Assembly (NCBI GenBank): GCA_043821285.1
Contig: JBDRCZ010000029.1
Span: 14,959 to 78,958 of the forward strand
From: Candidatus Omnitrophota bacterium
Lineage (GTDB): Bacteria > Omnitrophota > Gorgyraeia > B26-G9 > JBDRCZ01
DNA: 64,000 nt
Reading direction: 5' to 3'
Below are positions 47,296 to 56,988 of the stretch, in pieces (within the stretch, counting starts at the first letter, position 1; each line of letters starts with the position of its first letter). A model generated the notes under the pieces. That model did not search any database and was not told the origin of the DNA. It saw only the letters and a list, made by a program, of their open reading frames with translations. A program made the position numbers and the translations under genes.

Positions 47296-48636
47296 TCACC
47301 CGCATAATTTTTGCACTGTCTTAAAACTACGCATTAATATTAAATCAATCTCATTTTTTTTCACACATAACGGTAAATAAAAATATATAATCGAACCCAG
47401 CGGCCGAAGAATAAGCTGCTGCTTAAGCCCGTACTTATAAACTTGCAGACCAATTCTCTCCTTAAGGCCAAATGCCTGTTTTGTCTTTTTATTCTTTACC
47501 AATTCCATCGCCCCAATCATCCCCAGATAGCGTACATCGCCAACTAAAGGAAGTGCTCTGAATTTTTCAAGTCCCCGGTGAAATACCGGAATTAGCTGCT
47601 TCATCCTGTTTAGAGTGTCTTCCTTCTTGAAAATTTTCAGACCCGCCACTGCTGCGGCACAGGCAAGAGGATTGGCGGTATAAGTATGTCCGTGATAAAA
47701 GGTCTTTTTCTGTTCATAATCTGCCAAGAATGCCTGATAAACCTCATCGGTCGTTAAAGTAACACCTAACGCCAGGCACCCTGAGGTTATGCCTTTGGAA
47801 AGACAGATAAAATCAGGAAAAATATTTGCCAGTTCACAAGCAAACATTTTTCCCGTCCGGCCAAAACCTGTCGCAATCTCATCAACAATCAAATGCACTT
47901 TAAACTCGCGCGCAAGTTTAGCCGCTTTGATCAAATAATCTGGCGGATAAACAATCATCCCGCCCGCAGCCATAACCAAAGGTTCTAAAATTACTGCGGC
48001 AATCTCTTTATTTTTTTCGGCAAGTATTTTTTCAAGTGGCGTGATACATTCGATCGCACATCTTTCTCTTTGTTTTCCCACCGGACAACGATAGCAATAA
48101 GGCGAGGGAATTTTATAAGACGCAAAAAATAATGGTTTAAATACTCCATTAAACAAATCAACTCCACTCACACTCATTGCCCCAATCGTATCCCCATGAT
48201 AAGCATAATCTAACGCGACAAATTTTGTCTTTTTCTTCTTCCCAATATTCTGCCAATACTGATACGACATCTTTAGCGCCACCTCGACCGCGGTGGAACC
48301 ATTATCGGAAAAAAATACTTTTGTTAGACCTTTCGGGGTAATTGCCACAAGTCTTTCGGCCAGCACTATTGCCGGCTTATGCGTAAAACCGGCAAATAAT
48401 ACCTGGTCCAAGGCATTTATTTGTTCTTTAATTGCCTGCTTTATTTGCGGGTGATTATGACCGTGCACATTACACCACCAGCTTGATATCGTATCATAAT
48501 AAAAATTACCTGCTGGATCATATAATTTTATTCCCTTTGCCCGGTCTATTAATATTGGCGGCAATTGCCGGCAATCCTTCATTTGGGTATAAGGGTGCCA
48601 GATGTATCGTAAATCTTTTTCTATCCAGGTATACAT
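47296..48636 (-). CDS. bioA: adenosylmethionine-8-amino-7-oxononanoate aminotransferase
   Basis: Class III PLP aminotransferase motifs (DEIATGFGRTGKMFA); 446 aa; biotin operon context. Confidence 0.88.
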   Translation of the reverse strand: MYTWIEKDLRYIWHPYTQMKDCRQLPPILIDRAKGIKLYDPAGNFYYDTISSWWCNVHGHNHPQIKQAIKEQINALDQVLFAGFTHKPAIVLAERLVAITPKGLTKVFFSDNGSTAVEVALKMSYQYWQNIGKKKKTKFVALDYAYHGDTIGAMSVSGVDLFNGVFKPLFFASYKIPSPYCYRCPVGKQRERCAIECITPLEKILAEKNKEIAAVILEPLVMAAGGMIVYPPDYLIKAAKLAREFKVHLIVDEIATGFGRTGKMFACELANIFPDFICLSKGITSGCLALGVTLTTDEVYQAFLADYEQKKTFYHGHTYTANPLACAAAVAGLKIFKKEDTLNRMKQLIPVFHRGLEKFRALPLVGDVRYLGMIGAMELVKNKKTKQAFGLKERIGLQVYKYGLKQQLILRPLGSIIYFYLPLCVKKNEIDLILMRSFKTVQKLCG

Positions 48637-48665
48637 TACTATGCCTCAGTGTAAAGATTACTGTT

Positions 48666-48870
48666 AAAATTCCAAAATCCAAATGACAAAATCCCCGCCA
48701 CAAAGATTGGCGGACAGGCAAATAAATCTTTTAATATTTTAATCTCAAAAAAACAATTAAGCTGCAAAAACATTTTTTTATTTGTTATTTTTTTGTTAAG
48801 TAATTCATTTGCCTGTCCGCCGTCTTGTTGGGCGGGGCATTTGGATTTTGACATTTGGGATTTGAAAATG
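48666..48870 (+). mobile_element. MITE-like family C element between bioA and bioD. Outer terminal inverted repeats of about 28 bp, a nested second inverted repeat (ccccgcc..ggcggacaggcaaat / atttgcctgtccgcc..ggcgggg), and an AT-rich core.
   Basis: aaaattccaaaatccaaatgacaaaatc at 48666-48693 and ggattttgacatttgggatttgaaaatg at 48843-48870 are reverse complements. Nested inverted repeat read directly. Confidence 0.6.
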
Positions 48871-48885
48871 ATAAACTTCCGCATT

Positions 48886-49575
48886 CTACTTATTGCTTAT
48901 TATTTTCCGGCCTATTGGCTGAAATTTCTCATACTGCACTTCCTTATTTTTACTATACGGCAGTACCCCGAGTATTTCTATTTTGCTTATCTTTTTTATG
49001 ATTAGCGGGTTATCTCTTAAAATAAGCGGATTTTCTTTTTTAAAAAGATTATTAAAAATAACCCCAATTATTTTGATCCTTCTTTTTTTTAGTGCTTCGA
49101 TCGTCAGTAAAGTATGATTAATTGCCCCTAATTTATTCGCGGCAACAATAATTACCGGTAATTTAAATTCTTTGACCATATCAACTACCAGCCGCTTATT
49201 ATTAAACGGCACCAATACCCCGCCAATCCCTTCAACAATCACCAGATCAAAACACCTGCTCAGCACTTTTAAGCTCTTTTTTATTCTATCTTCCTTTATA
49301 TTTCTTTGTTCAAGCTGTGCGGCTAAATGCGGGGAGGCAGAAAATTTAAAACTGTACGGCAGCATATATGATAAATAATCACTAACCTCTTTTTTCCCCT
49401 GCTGCATCAGTTTTAACTGGCAAGCAATATCCGGAGAAAATCTTCTGCTGCCGCTCTGTATCCATTTCTGGGTAATAACCTGCACGCCGCGTTCTTTAAA
49501 AAAACGTCCGAGCAACCCACAAACAACCGTTTTCCCGACCCCGGTATCGGTACCGGCAACAAAAACCGCCTTCAT
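48886..49575 (-). CDS. bioD: dethiobiotin synthetase
   Basis: GTDTGVGKTVV P-loop; 229 aa. Confidence 0.88.
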   Translation of the reverse strand: MKAVFVAGTDTGVGKTVVCGLLGRFFKERGVQVITQKWIQSGSRRFSPDIACQLKLMQQGKKEVSDYLSYMLPYSFKFSASPHLAAQLEQRNIKEDRIKKSLKVLSRCFDLVIVEGIGGVLVPFNNKRLVVDMVKEFKLPVIIVAANKLGAINHTLLTIEALKKRRIKIIGVIFNNLFKKENPLILRDNPLIIKKISKIEILGVLPYSKNKEVQYEKFQPIGRKIISNK

Positions 49576-49576
49576 T

Positions 49577-50344
49577 TCATTTTACCCCTGCACAGAAAAA
49601 CACCTCAAAAGTTGCAATGATTTGCTTATATTTCTTAAGATACACCTGTTCAAGTTTTTTGATCATTGCCCCCGTCCAAAACTTTCGCGCATAGACACCA
49701 TTTCCTCTGGTGCCGGTATATTTTATTTTTTGTAACAGTTCCCATAACGTTTTATATCTCTCTTTATAGATCTTTCGCACAATCGTCGTCTTAAAAAAAA
49801 GACCGGTTAAAATCTCTTTTAATCCTGCTTGGGTAAAAAAATCTCCCGCCTCAACCCGGATATCTTTTGCAAACAGTTCTTTTAAGCAACTATCAAGTTC
49901 CCCATAGGTCTGGGGTCCAAAAATCGAAAATAAAAAAATACCGTTTTTTTTAAGGCTCGCTTTATATCTGGCCAAGGTTCTTTCGACATTCACAAACCAC
50001 TGCAGACTCGCGTTTGAGCAGATAAGATCAAAACCGCGTATAAAATCTTTTTGTTCGGCATCCGCAATGACAAATTTTACCTGATTATTACCAAACCTTC
50101 TTTTTGCTATTTCAACCATTTCCCTTGATATATCTACTGCGGTTATCCGTGCCTGAGGAAATTTGTTATACAAAAGCTTAGTAAAATTGCCCGTGCCGCA
50201 GCCAAGCTCTAATATTTGGCTTGTCTGATTGTCCTCGACTCTTGAGATTAACTCATCTGCACAAAGATTTTGCACGGTTGCATACTGATCATAAAATTTG
50301 GCAGATCTTGAAAAGTTATTTTTGATAACTCGTTTATCTTTCAT
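49577..50344 (-). CDS. bioC: malonyl-ACP O-methyltransferase
   Basis: SAM-MTase motif ILELGCGTGNFT; biotin operon context. Confidence 0.8.
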   Translation of the reverse strand: MKDKRVIKNNFSRSAKFYDQYATVQNLCADELISRVEDNQTSQILELGCGTGNFTKLLYNKFPQARITAVDISREMVEIAKRRFGNNQVKFVIADAEQKDFIRGFDLICSNASLQWFVNVERTLARYKASLKKNGIFLFSIFGPQTYGELDSCLKELFAKDIRVEAGDFFTQAGLKEILTGLFFKTTIVRKIYKERYKTLWELLQKIKYTGTRGNGVYARKFWTGAMIKKLEQVYLKKYKQIIATFEVFFCAGVK

Positions 50345-50352
50345 TTTAGCGA

Positions 50353-51048
50353 TTAATCTTCTTTGTTGCAGAAAATTTGGTTAAAATTCTTCTGCTGGAA
50401 GACAACGTGCCCGGCATTTTTCAAGCGGATAAATTCTGCCTGCGGCAAACTACTCTTAAGCTGCATCGCCGCCCAGACCGGAACAATTTCATCTTTTTCT
50501 CCGTGTAAAATTTTAAGCCTTTTTATCCGCCGCAGCCGCTCAACGTTTATCTCGCAGCCGGCCAAATAATCCAGGGTCTGCAGTAAATAATCCAGCACAA
50601 ATTTAGTTAAATATTCTTTCAGTAATTTATTTTTAAACCAGGCAAACTCTCTTTTTTCGGCAAAGCAGGAAGCATAAAACTTATATAAATATGCATCTTT
50701 ATTCTGAGTCAAATATGCTTTTATCTTTTCTATCTCCCGCGGGCTATATTTTTTTCTTATGCCAACCAGTATAAGTTCATGAGCAATATCCCCAAATTTC
50801 GCCGCAAAGTCAACGGCAACAAACCCGCCCATTGACCAACCCAGTAAAGATATTTTCTTAATATTTCTCTCTTCCATTGTTTGATGCAATCTCTCGGCAA
50901 AATCAAACGGTGAAAATTCCACCGGCAAAAGATAATTATATTTTAAATCCAATCCTTCAAATATTTTCCAGTCCGTAGCCCAGCCAGGAATCAGGACCAG
51001 GGTGTTTTCAAAACCTTTATCAATAAAATCAAATACCGTAGGCTTCAT
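50353..51048 (-). CDS. bioH: pimeloyl-ACP methyl ester esterase (alpha/beta hydrolase, BioH-like)
   Basis: GWSMGG nucleophile elbow; biotin operon context. Confidence 0.65.
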   Translation of the reverse strand: MKPTVFDFIDKGFENTLVLIPGWATDWKIFEGLDLKYNYLLPVEFSPFDFAERLHQTMEERNIKKISLLGWSMGGFVAVDFAAKFGDIAHELILVGIRKKYSPREIEKIKAYLTQNKDAYLYKFYASCFAEKREFAWFKNKLLKEYLTKFVLDYLLQTLDYLAGCEINVERLRRIKRLKILHGEKDEIVPVWAAMQLKSSLPQAEFIRLKNAGHVVFQQKNFNQIFCNKED

Positions 51049-51104
51049 AATTTACCCCTCTGTCATAATAATGTCCAACTTATCTTCACTCAACATGCAA
51101 CATA

Positions 51105-52241
51105 CTATATACAACATGCGACCTTTTCCAGCATCTCTTTCGTATGATTATAGGTTAGGGAAAATCTGATCCTTGCTGCTCCCTCGGGAACAGTTGGCGG
51201 CCTGATTGCCACCACCCAGTATCCGGCATCTTTAAGTTTTTTACTATATTCCATTGCCTTGATATTCTCGCGCAAAATTAGCGGAACAATCTGCGAACCG
51301 CCTGTTATACTAACCCCTTTATGCTGCAACATCGTCCGGAAAAAACCTGCATTTTTCAGAAGTATTTTTCTGCGCTGTGGTTCTTGTTTAATTAAATTTA
51401 TACTCTCGAGATTCGCAGAAATTACCGCTGGCGGCAAGGCGGTTGAATAGATAAAACTCCGGCAGGTATTTATCAGATATTTTTTTATTTTGTTTGATAC
51501 GGCAACATAAGCGCCAAAACTTCCCAATGCCTTGCTAAAAGTCCCCATGATTATATCAATGTCTCCGGTCATCCCTTCTTCTTCGACCACCCCGGCCCCA
51601 TTTTTGCCAAATATCCCGGTGGCATGCGCCTCATCCACAAAAATCTGGCAATGATATTTTTCTTTTAACCTAACTATGTCTGTCACCGGGGCACGATCCC
51701 CATCCATACTAAAAATTGTCTCGGTAATGATTAAGGCGTTTTTAAATTTGTTTCTCTCTTTTTTAAGCAGTGTTTTAAGATGCGTAATATCATTATGCAA
51801 AAAGCGGAAAAATCTCGCGCCGGATAAACCTATGCCATCGACGATACTCGCATGATTTAATTTATCGGAAAAAATGACATCACCCTTTTGATAAAGGGCG
51901 CTGATTACTCCGACATTTGCCTGATATCCCGAGTTAAAAATCAAGGCTGCTTCTTTGCCTTTAAAATCGGCTGTTTGTTCTTCCAGTTGATGATGGAGTT
52001 TTAGGTCTCCGCTTAAAAGACGCGATGCAGAAGATGAACCGCCAAACTTATCAACTGCTTTAAGCACGGCTTGTTTAATTTTAGGATGGTTGGATAATCC
52101 CAGGTAATCATTGGATGAAAAATCAATATATTCTTTGCCGTTAAAATAGATTTTACCATCGCCTCTTGCGTCCGCAGGACATAATCCTCTTAACAGCTGC
52201 CGCTGTTCTTGTTGCTGTAAAAATTTTTCTATTTGCTCCAT
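51105..52241 (-). CDS. bioF: 8-amino-7-oxononanoate synthase
   Basis: PLP class II aminotransferase (GTFSKALGSFGAYV); 378 aa. Confidence 0.88.
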   Translation of the reverse strand: MEQIEKFLQQQEQRQLLRGLCPADARGDGKIYFNGKEYIDFSSNDYLGLSNHPKIKQAVLKAVDKFGGSSSASRLLSGDLKLHHQLEEQTADFKGKEAALIFNSGYQANVGVISALYQKGDVIFSDKLNHASIVDGIGLSGARFFRFLHNDITHLKTLLKKERNKFKNALIITETIFSMDGDRAPVTDIVRLKEKYHCQIFVDEAHATGIFGKNGAGVVEEEGMTGDIDIIMGTFSKALGSFGAYVAVSNKIKKYLINTCRSFIYSTALPPAVISANLESINLIKQEPQRRKILLKNAGFFRTMLQHKGVSITGGSQIVPLILRENIKAMEYSKKLKDAGYWVVAIRPPTVPEGAARIRFSLTYNHTKEMLEKVACCI

Positions 52242-53170
52242 AGGTCTTTTATTTCTTCAACCAGTGCCTGATCCATTTCTATGCTTCTGCCTTTGATCGT
52301 TAAATATCCGCCAATAAGTATTCCATTTGCCCCGGCCATAAATCCCATCCCCTGAAAATCCCTTAGTACGGTTTCTCTGCCTGCGGCAATCTTTATAATT
52401 TTATCCGGTAAAATAATCCTAAATATTGCAATCGTTCTTATCGCATCATTTACCGAAAGTGATTTAATCTGCTCAAAAGGTGTGCCATTTACCGGGACAA
52501 GGATATTTATCGGAACCGCGTCAACCGCTAGTCTTTTCAAAACACATGCCATACTAATTCTATCTTCCCAATTCTCGCCCATACCAATAATCCCGCCACT
52601 GCAGACCTCCAGCCCCGTTTGTTTTGCAGCAGAAATCGTACTTATTCTTTGTTCAAAGGTATGAGTGGTAACAACATGCGGGTAGAATCGTGATGCGGTC
52701 TCAATGTTATGGTGGTAGCGGGTAAGACCGGCAGATTTGAGCATTTTCAACTGTGGTTTATCTAATGCCCCTAAAGAAGCGCAGACCACCATGCCTGTTT
52801 TTTCTTTTATCTCCGAAACTGCTTCGATAATCCGGTCTAATTCTTTCGCACTGATACGGTTACCGCTGGTCACAATCCCGAATTTATCTGCGCCAATCTT
52901 TTTGGCATTCTCTGCTGCGCTTATAATCTCTTTTTTCGATTTTAAGGTATAGCGATCAATATTAGCGCGATGCCGTGTTGACTGAGCACAAAACTTACAA
53001 TCTTCCCCACAGAGGCCGGATTTTGCATTTATAATACTGCAGAGTTCCAGTTTCTTTCCGTTAAAATCTCTTCTTACTTTATTTGCCTGTACTATCAGCT
53101 CTGCCAGCGGCAAATCCAGTAATTCCTTATAAATAGTAATCGCATCTATCATTGTTAACCATTTTAACAT
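52229..53170 (-). CDS. bioB: biotin synthase (radical SAM)
   Basis: CGEDCKFCAQS radical-SAM cluster motif; 313 aa. Confidence 0.9.
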   Translation of the reverse strand: MLKWLTMIDAITIYKELLDLPLAELIVQANKVRRDFNGKKLELCSIINAKSGLCGEDCKFCAQSTRHRANIDRYTLKSKKEIISAAENAKKIGADKFGIVTSGNRISAKELDRIIEAVSEIKEKTGMVVCASLGALDKPQLKMLKSAGLTRYHHNIETASRFYPHVVTTHTFEQRISTISAAKQTGLEVCSGGIIGMGENWEDRISMACVLKRLAVDAVPINILVPVNGTPFEQIKSLSVNDAIRTIAIFRIILPDKIIKIAAGRETVLRDFQGMGFMAGANGILIGGYLTIKGRSIEMDQALVEEIKDLWSK

Positions 53171-53253
53171 GTAAGGTTAACAATTGCCATAAAAATAAAT
53201 TACTACACGGATGGTAATTTAGCATTTACCTTTTCTTTTTCAAGAAAAGGTAA

Positions 53254-53400
53254 ATAAAAAAATTCCTTCGGAATCTTTTTATCCATTTAAAAACCTTTCG
53301 TGTTCAAACCTTCCCTTAACAATGAATTAAATATGCCAAACTATACCCCAATTCCCTTGTTATCCACAGATTGAAAATCTTATTGTTTCCTATACGTTAA
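53254..53400 (+). repeat. interspersed repeat family A copy between the flavin reductase-rubredoxin gene and bioB
   Basis: Near-identical to 18694-18840, including ttatccacagattgaaaatcttattgtttcctatacgttaa. Confidence 0.8.
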
Positions 53401-53409
53401 AGAAAATTG

Positions 53410-54135
53410 CTATATTTTTACAAATTTATCTTTTCCCGCTCCGCATATCGGACAACCCCAATCATCCGGTATTTGCTCAAACGCTGTTCCCGGGGTAATG
53501 CCTCCATCAGGGTCACCAAGCGCAGGGTTATAGATATAATTACAAACCGTACAGCGATATTTTCCCAGTTGCGAAGTTATTTCTTCCTTCTTTAAATCAT
53601 CTTTCTCCATAAAAGTAGGTGCGGTCCGCGGTGTCCGGCCATTTTTTACATTATGATAATAATCATAGGTCATTGGCCGTCCATCGGTTAAAAATTCTGC
53701 TCCGGTCATTTCTGCTAAAAAAACCGTATGCGTACCACAATCCACCTTATTTACCACCTTTACTTCCAAAAAACACAAAGCATAATCCAAAACCACCGGA
53801 CACCCTGAAGCAAGAAGCTTATATTTAACCTCACTAAATTTATTTTCCTGTCTTCCTGATTTAAAACCAAATTTACCAATAAAGCGCAGCGGGGCATTTT
53901 CTGAGAGTATTGAGATACTAAAACGCTGACTTTCCTCAATAAATTCATGGGTAAAATTCTCTTTAGCAATACTCACCGCCAGGATAACTGGTTTACTTGT
54001 TATCTGAACCACCGTATTTACAACTTGCGCATTCAAAGTGTCTTGCTTATTTACCGCAACAAGATAAATCCCGTAGGTTATCCAATACAACACATTACGT
54101 TCCATCCCCACCACCCCCTCCAACCAATGTTCCAC
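53410..54135 (-). CDS. flavin reductase-like domain fused to a C-terminal rubredoxin
   Basis: N-terminal flavin-reductase-like (FMN-binding split-barrel) region and a C-terminal rubredoxin segment CTVCNYIY...[13 protein letters not shown]. Confidence 0.7.
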   Translation of the reverse strand: MEHWLEGVVGMERNVLYWITYGIYLVAVNKQDTLNAQVVNTVVQITSKPVILAVSIAKENFTHEFIEESQRFSISILSENAPLRFIGKFGFKSGRQENKFSEVKYKLLASGCPVVLDYALCFLEVKVVNKVDCGTHTVFLAEMTGAEFLTDGRPMTYDYYHNVKNGRTPRTAPTFMEKDDLKKEEITSQLGKYRCTVCNYIYNPALGDPDGGITPGTAFEQIPDDWGCPICGAGKDKFVKI

Positions 54136-54681
54136 CTACGAAGTGGAACATTGGTCGATTCTGACCCTTTTCAAAATTTCACGGCAAAATGCTGGTAAAT
54201 CGTACGGATTACGCGCGGTAATCAAATTTCCGTCTACCACAACTTCCCGGTCAAAAAATTCAGTACCGGCATTTACCATATCATCTTTTATTGCCGAAAA
54301 ACTCGTTGCCTTTCGGCCCTTTAATATGCCGGCGGAAATAAGTACCCAGCCGCCGTGGCAAATAGCTGCGACTATTTTACCTTTATTATGCATCTCCCGT
54401 ACAAATGAATTTACCTCCGGGTAGCGGCGTAAAAAATCAGGCGCCCAGCCGCCGGGGATAACTACCCCGGTAAAATCACTAACCTTTGCCTTATCAATCG
54501 AAAGCTCTTCGCCGGCCGGGTATCCTTCTTTACTATGGTACTCTTGCTTTCTCCCTGTTCCGACAAGCAGTGTATCTATGCCTTGCTCCCGCAAACGCAG
54601 ATACGGATACCATACTTCCAAAACCTGATAACCATCTTCAACCAGTACGGCTACTTTCATTTTTCCGCCTTTCCATATCAA
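54136..54681 (-). CDS. DJ-1/PfpI family protein
   Basis: AICHGG nucleophile motif. Likely start is MKVAVL at 54660. Abuts the downstream gene. Confidence 0.8.
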   Translation of the reverse strand: MIWKGGKMKVAVLVEDGYQVLEVWYPYLRLREQGIDTLLVGTGRKQEYHSKEGYPAGEELSIDKAKVSDFTGVVIPGGWAPDFLRRYPEVNSFVREMHNKGKIVAAICHGGWVLISAGILKGRKATSFSAIKDDMVNAGTEFFDREVVVDGNLITARNPYDLPAFCREILKRVRIDQCSTS

Positions 54682-54775
54682 AAATTATTGTCTAAGAGCG
54701 GTGATTTCAGCAGCTCGCTCTCCCCTATCTTTTAGACTCTTCCTGCAAAAAACACTTCTCTTTCATCTCACCTCC

Positions 54776-55300
54776 TCATTGTTTAAAAAACACCTGGGCG
54801 ATTATCCCGGCAAGTGGAGGAAACAGGCAGGTACTTACAATACGAACAAGCGTAAACCGCCACCCGAGTATACCTATTTCCATTGGCAACCTGCCAACAG
54901 CCCATAATGACCAGCCGGTAAGAAAGGCAACCATTGTGCCTATACTCGCACCCGAGCGCAGGAGTACCGCGGCAATCGGCAGACTAACATAAGGTCCTCC
55001 CGGCATAAGTCCGCCGGCGATTGCCCCAATAAATATACCGCGCATGCCCGAATTAGTGCCTACCCATTTTGCCAGAAGCTCATGCGGAATGAGCACCTGA
55101 ACCATGCCGGCAACAATAAAGGCACAAATAAGTAACGGCATAATTTGTACGGTCATCGTCAGCGCCGACTTCATTCCGCTGATATGCTGCCCGTCTCCTT
55201 TATGATAACCAATAAAAAGCAGCACCCCGGCTGATACTGCCATGATTATTGTTGGCACAAACATGTTTTTTCTCCCTGTTTTATTTTTTTCTTTCTGCAC
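54776..55300 (-). CDS. small polytopic membrane protein, putative permease (DUF318-like)
   Basis: 174 aa with 5-6 hydrophobic helices and a GGLMPGGPY segment. Confidence 0.5.
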   Translation of the reverse strand: MQKEKNKTGRKNMFVPTIIMAVSAGVLLFIGYHKGDGQHISGMKSALTMTVQIMPLLICAFIVAGMVQVLIPHELLAKWVGTNSGMRGIFIGAIAGGLMPGGPYVSLPIAAVLLRSGASIGTMVAFLTGWSLWAVGRLPMEIGILGWRFTLVRIVSTCLFPPLAGIIAQVFFKQ

Positions 55301-55487
55301 AATAACCGTATCCCTTTTTTTATTCCCCCTTTATTATACCACATTTTTATGTTATGCTATTATTGATATTTGAAAATCGTGATTATATTTTTATATTAAT
55401 GTCCCGCCGATGTGGTAAAATATTGGTGGTGTCAAAAATAAAATGAAAGAAACCACAGAACCAAAATATTAGTTATGAGAGGAAGAT

Positions 55488-55916
55488 ATGGGTTTTTCTC
55501 AATATGGGTTAAGTGCGCAAAAAGAAAAATCACTGTTTGATAAGATGGAAAACCTTGGCATAAAGGAAGCGGATATTATCGAGCGGTTTATTCGTTCAAG
55601 CGGTGCAGGCGGGCAAAAGGTGAACAAAACTTCAGCCTGCGTTTATTTAAAACATCTTCCCACCGGAATAGAAGTTAAATGCCAAAAAGAACGTTCGCAA
55701 ATCCTAAACCGATTTTTTGCCCGGCGTATTCTGACCAATAAAATAGAAAACATGCTGATTGGTAAAAAAAGTGAAGAACAGCAACGGCTGGCAAAAATCA
55801 GGCGGCAGAAACGTAAGCGGTCAAAACGGGCAAAAGAAAAAATCCTTCAAATAAAAAAACTCCACGCACAAAAAAAAGCGGCGCGACGGTATAAACCAAA
55901 TTTTGCGGAATACTAA
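55488..55916 (+). CDS. arfB: alternative ribosome-rescue factor ArfB (peptidyl-tRNA hydrolase, GGQ family)
   Basis: SSGAGGQKVNKTSACV GGQ motif plus a basic C-terminal tail; 142 aa. Confidence 0.88.
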   Translation: MGFSQYGLSAQKEKSLFDKMENLGIKEADIIERFIRSSGAGGQKVNKTSACVYLKHLPTGIEVKCQKERSQILNRFFARRILTNKIENMLIGKKSEEQQRLAKIRRQKRKRSKRAKEKILQIKKLHAQKKAARRYKPNFAEY

Positions 55917-56053
55917 AACCTCTTGACCGTTAAACGCTGCATTGCTCCAACATCAAAATTCCAGTACGCACAATAAAAGGCGCAATCTTTCCCCTCTACA
56001 TTCCCTTTTACGGGCTCGCATCCCAGAGTTTTCTATATGCCATTTGCCAATTC

Positions 56054-56144
56054 TGGCGGAGGAGGAAGGATTCGAACCCTCGACCCACTTAAGGCGGGTA
56101 CTGCTTTTCGAGAGCAGCGCCTTCGACCACTCGGCCACTCCTCC
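56054..56144 (-). tRNA. tRNA-Ser (anticodon CGA), type II with long variable arm, CCA encoded
   Basis: Minus-strand read: GGAGGAGTGGCCGAGTGGTCGAAGGCGCTGCTCTCGAAAAGCAGTACCCGCCTTAAGTGGGTCGAGGGTTCGAATCCTTCCTCCTCCGCCA. Cloverleaf with anticodon loop CUCGAAA and a T-arm GGTTCGAATCC. Confidence 0.9.
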
Positions 56145-56259
56145 ATTAAAATCCGTTATTCATATCTCGTTGTTAATATCTCGAATATAAACTAAGTTTC
56201 TTTGGCTTTAACAAGATACGAGATACAAGATACGAACGACAAGTCTGCTAAGACTTTTT

Positions 56260-56838
56260 TTACTGCTGCCGGCCTTCAATTGCCAAAAGCAATATTACTC
56301 CGGCAAATGCCAGCCGTTTATCTATAACCTCTTCTCTGTCCTGAGAAAAATCTACTTTAAACTTATGGATAAATGGATTAAAAAACTGATCAATCGTTAT
56401 TAGCTTTTGCGCGTTGCTCTCGATCACATAATTTTGGGGAATTATATTAATAAATCTGCGCAGCATGGCCATGGCGAGATTATCCTCTTTTAGGCTGGCA
56501 ATTAGTTTATCATCTTGATCCAAAATCTCCCACTGATCCCGTAAAATAGATTTCATTCCCTTACGCCGCAGGGTGCCAATCTTCTCATTGGTCTCTGAAA
56601 CATACACATCATAAGCCGCACTAAAATCTATAATCTGCCTTGCCCGAACACGCAAGGCCTCTTCTTTCATTTCCCGGTCACGATAAATACGAATATCTTC
56701 CCGCAATTTAAATGCCTTTTGTCTAGAGTAAAGCAGCAGCCGTCCGGATGCATCAAGTATCCGAAACCCCGCCCCTAAAAAAGTGAACACATCTTTTTTT
56801 ATAATAAAAACATTCTCCGCCATAACATACCCCCCCAT
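56260..56838 (-). CDS. hypothetical protein (possibly LOR/scramblase-fold, DUF567-like)
   Basis: 192-aa ORF; no diagnostic motif. Family guess is weak. Confidence 0.45.
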   Translation of the reverse strand: MGGYVMAENVFIIKKDVFTFLGAGFRILDASGRLLLYSRQKAFKLREDIRIYRDREMKEEALRVRARQIIDFSAAYDVYVSETNEKIGTLRRKGMKSILRDQWEILDQDDKLIASLKEDNLAMAMLRRFINIIPQNYVIESNAQKLITIDQFFNPFIHKFKVDFSQDREEVIDKRLAFAGVILLLAIEGRQQ

Positions 56839-56988
56839 GTTTTTAAATATCTAATTGACCTAATTTCTAACCCTATATATTCCAAATTCTCTGTCTGCTA
56901 ATATGCAAAATGCTTTGAATATTAGAATATTCGAATCTTTGAATTTTAGAATTTTGTCCTTTTTTTATGCTCAATACTCAATACGAAC

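Noticed and set aside
55953-56138. 61-aa minus-strand ORF
   Set aside because: Entirely overlaps the tRNA-Ser gene on the same strand.
55920-56260. Integrated element at tRNA-Ser
   Set aside because: No integrase, no attL/attR-like duplicate of the tRNA 3' end. Flanking genes (arfB, permease, hypothetical) look chromosomal.
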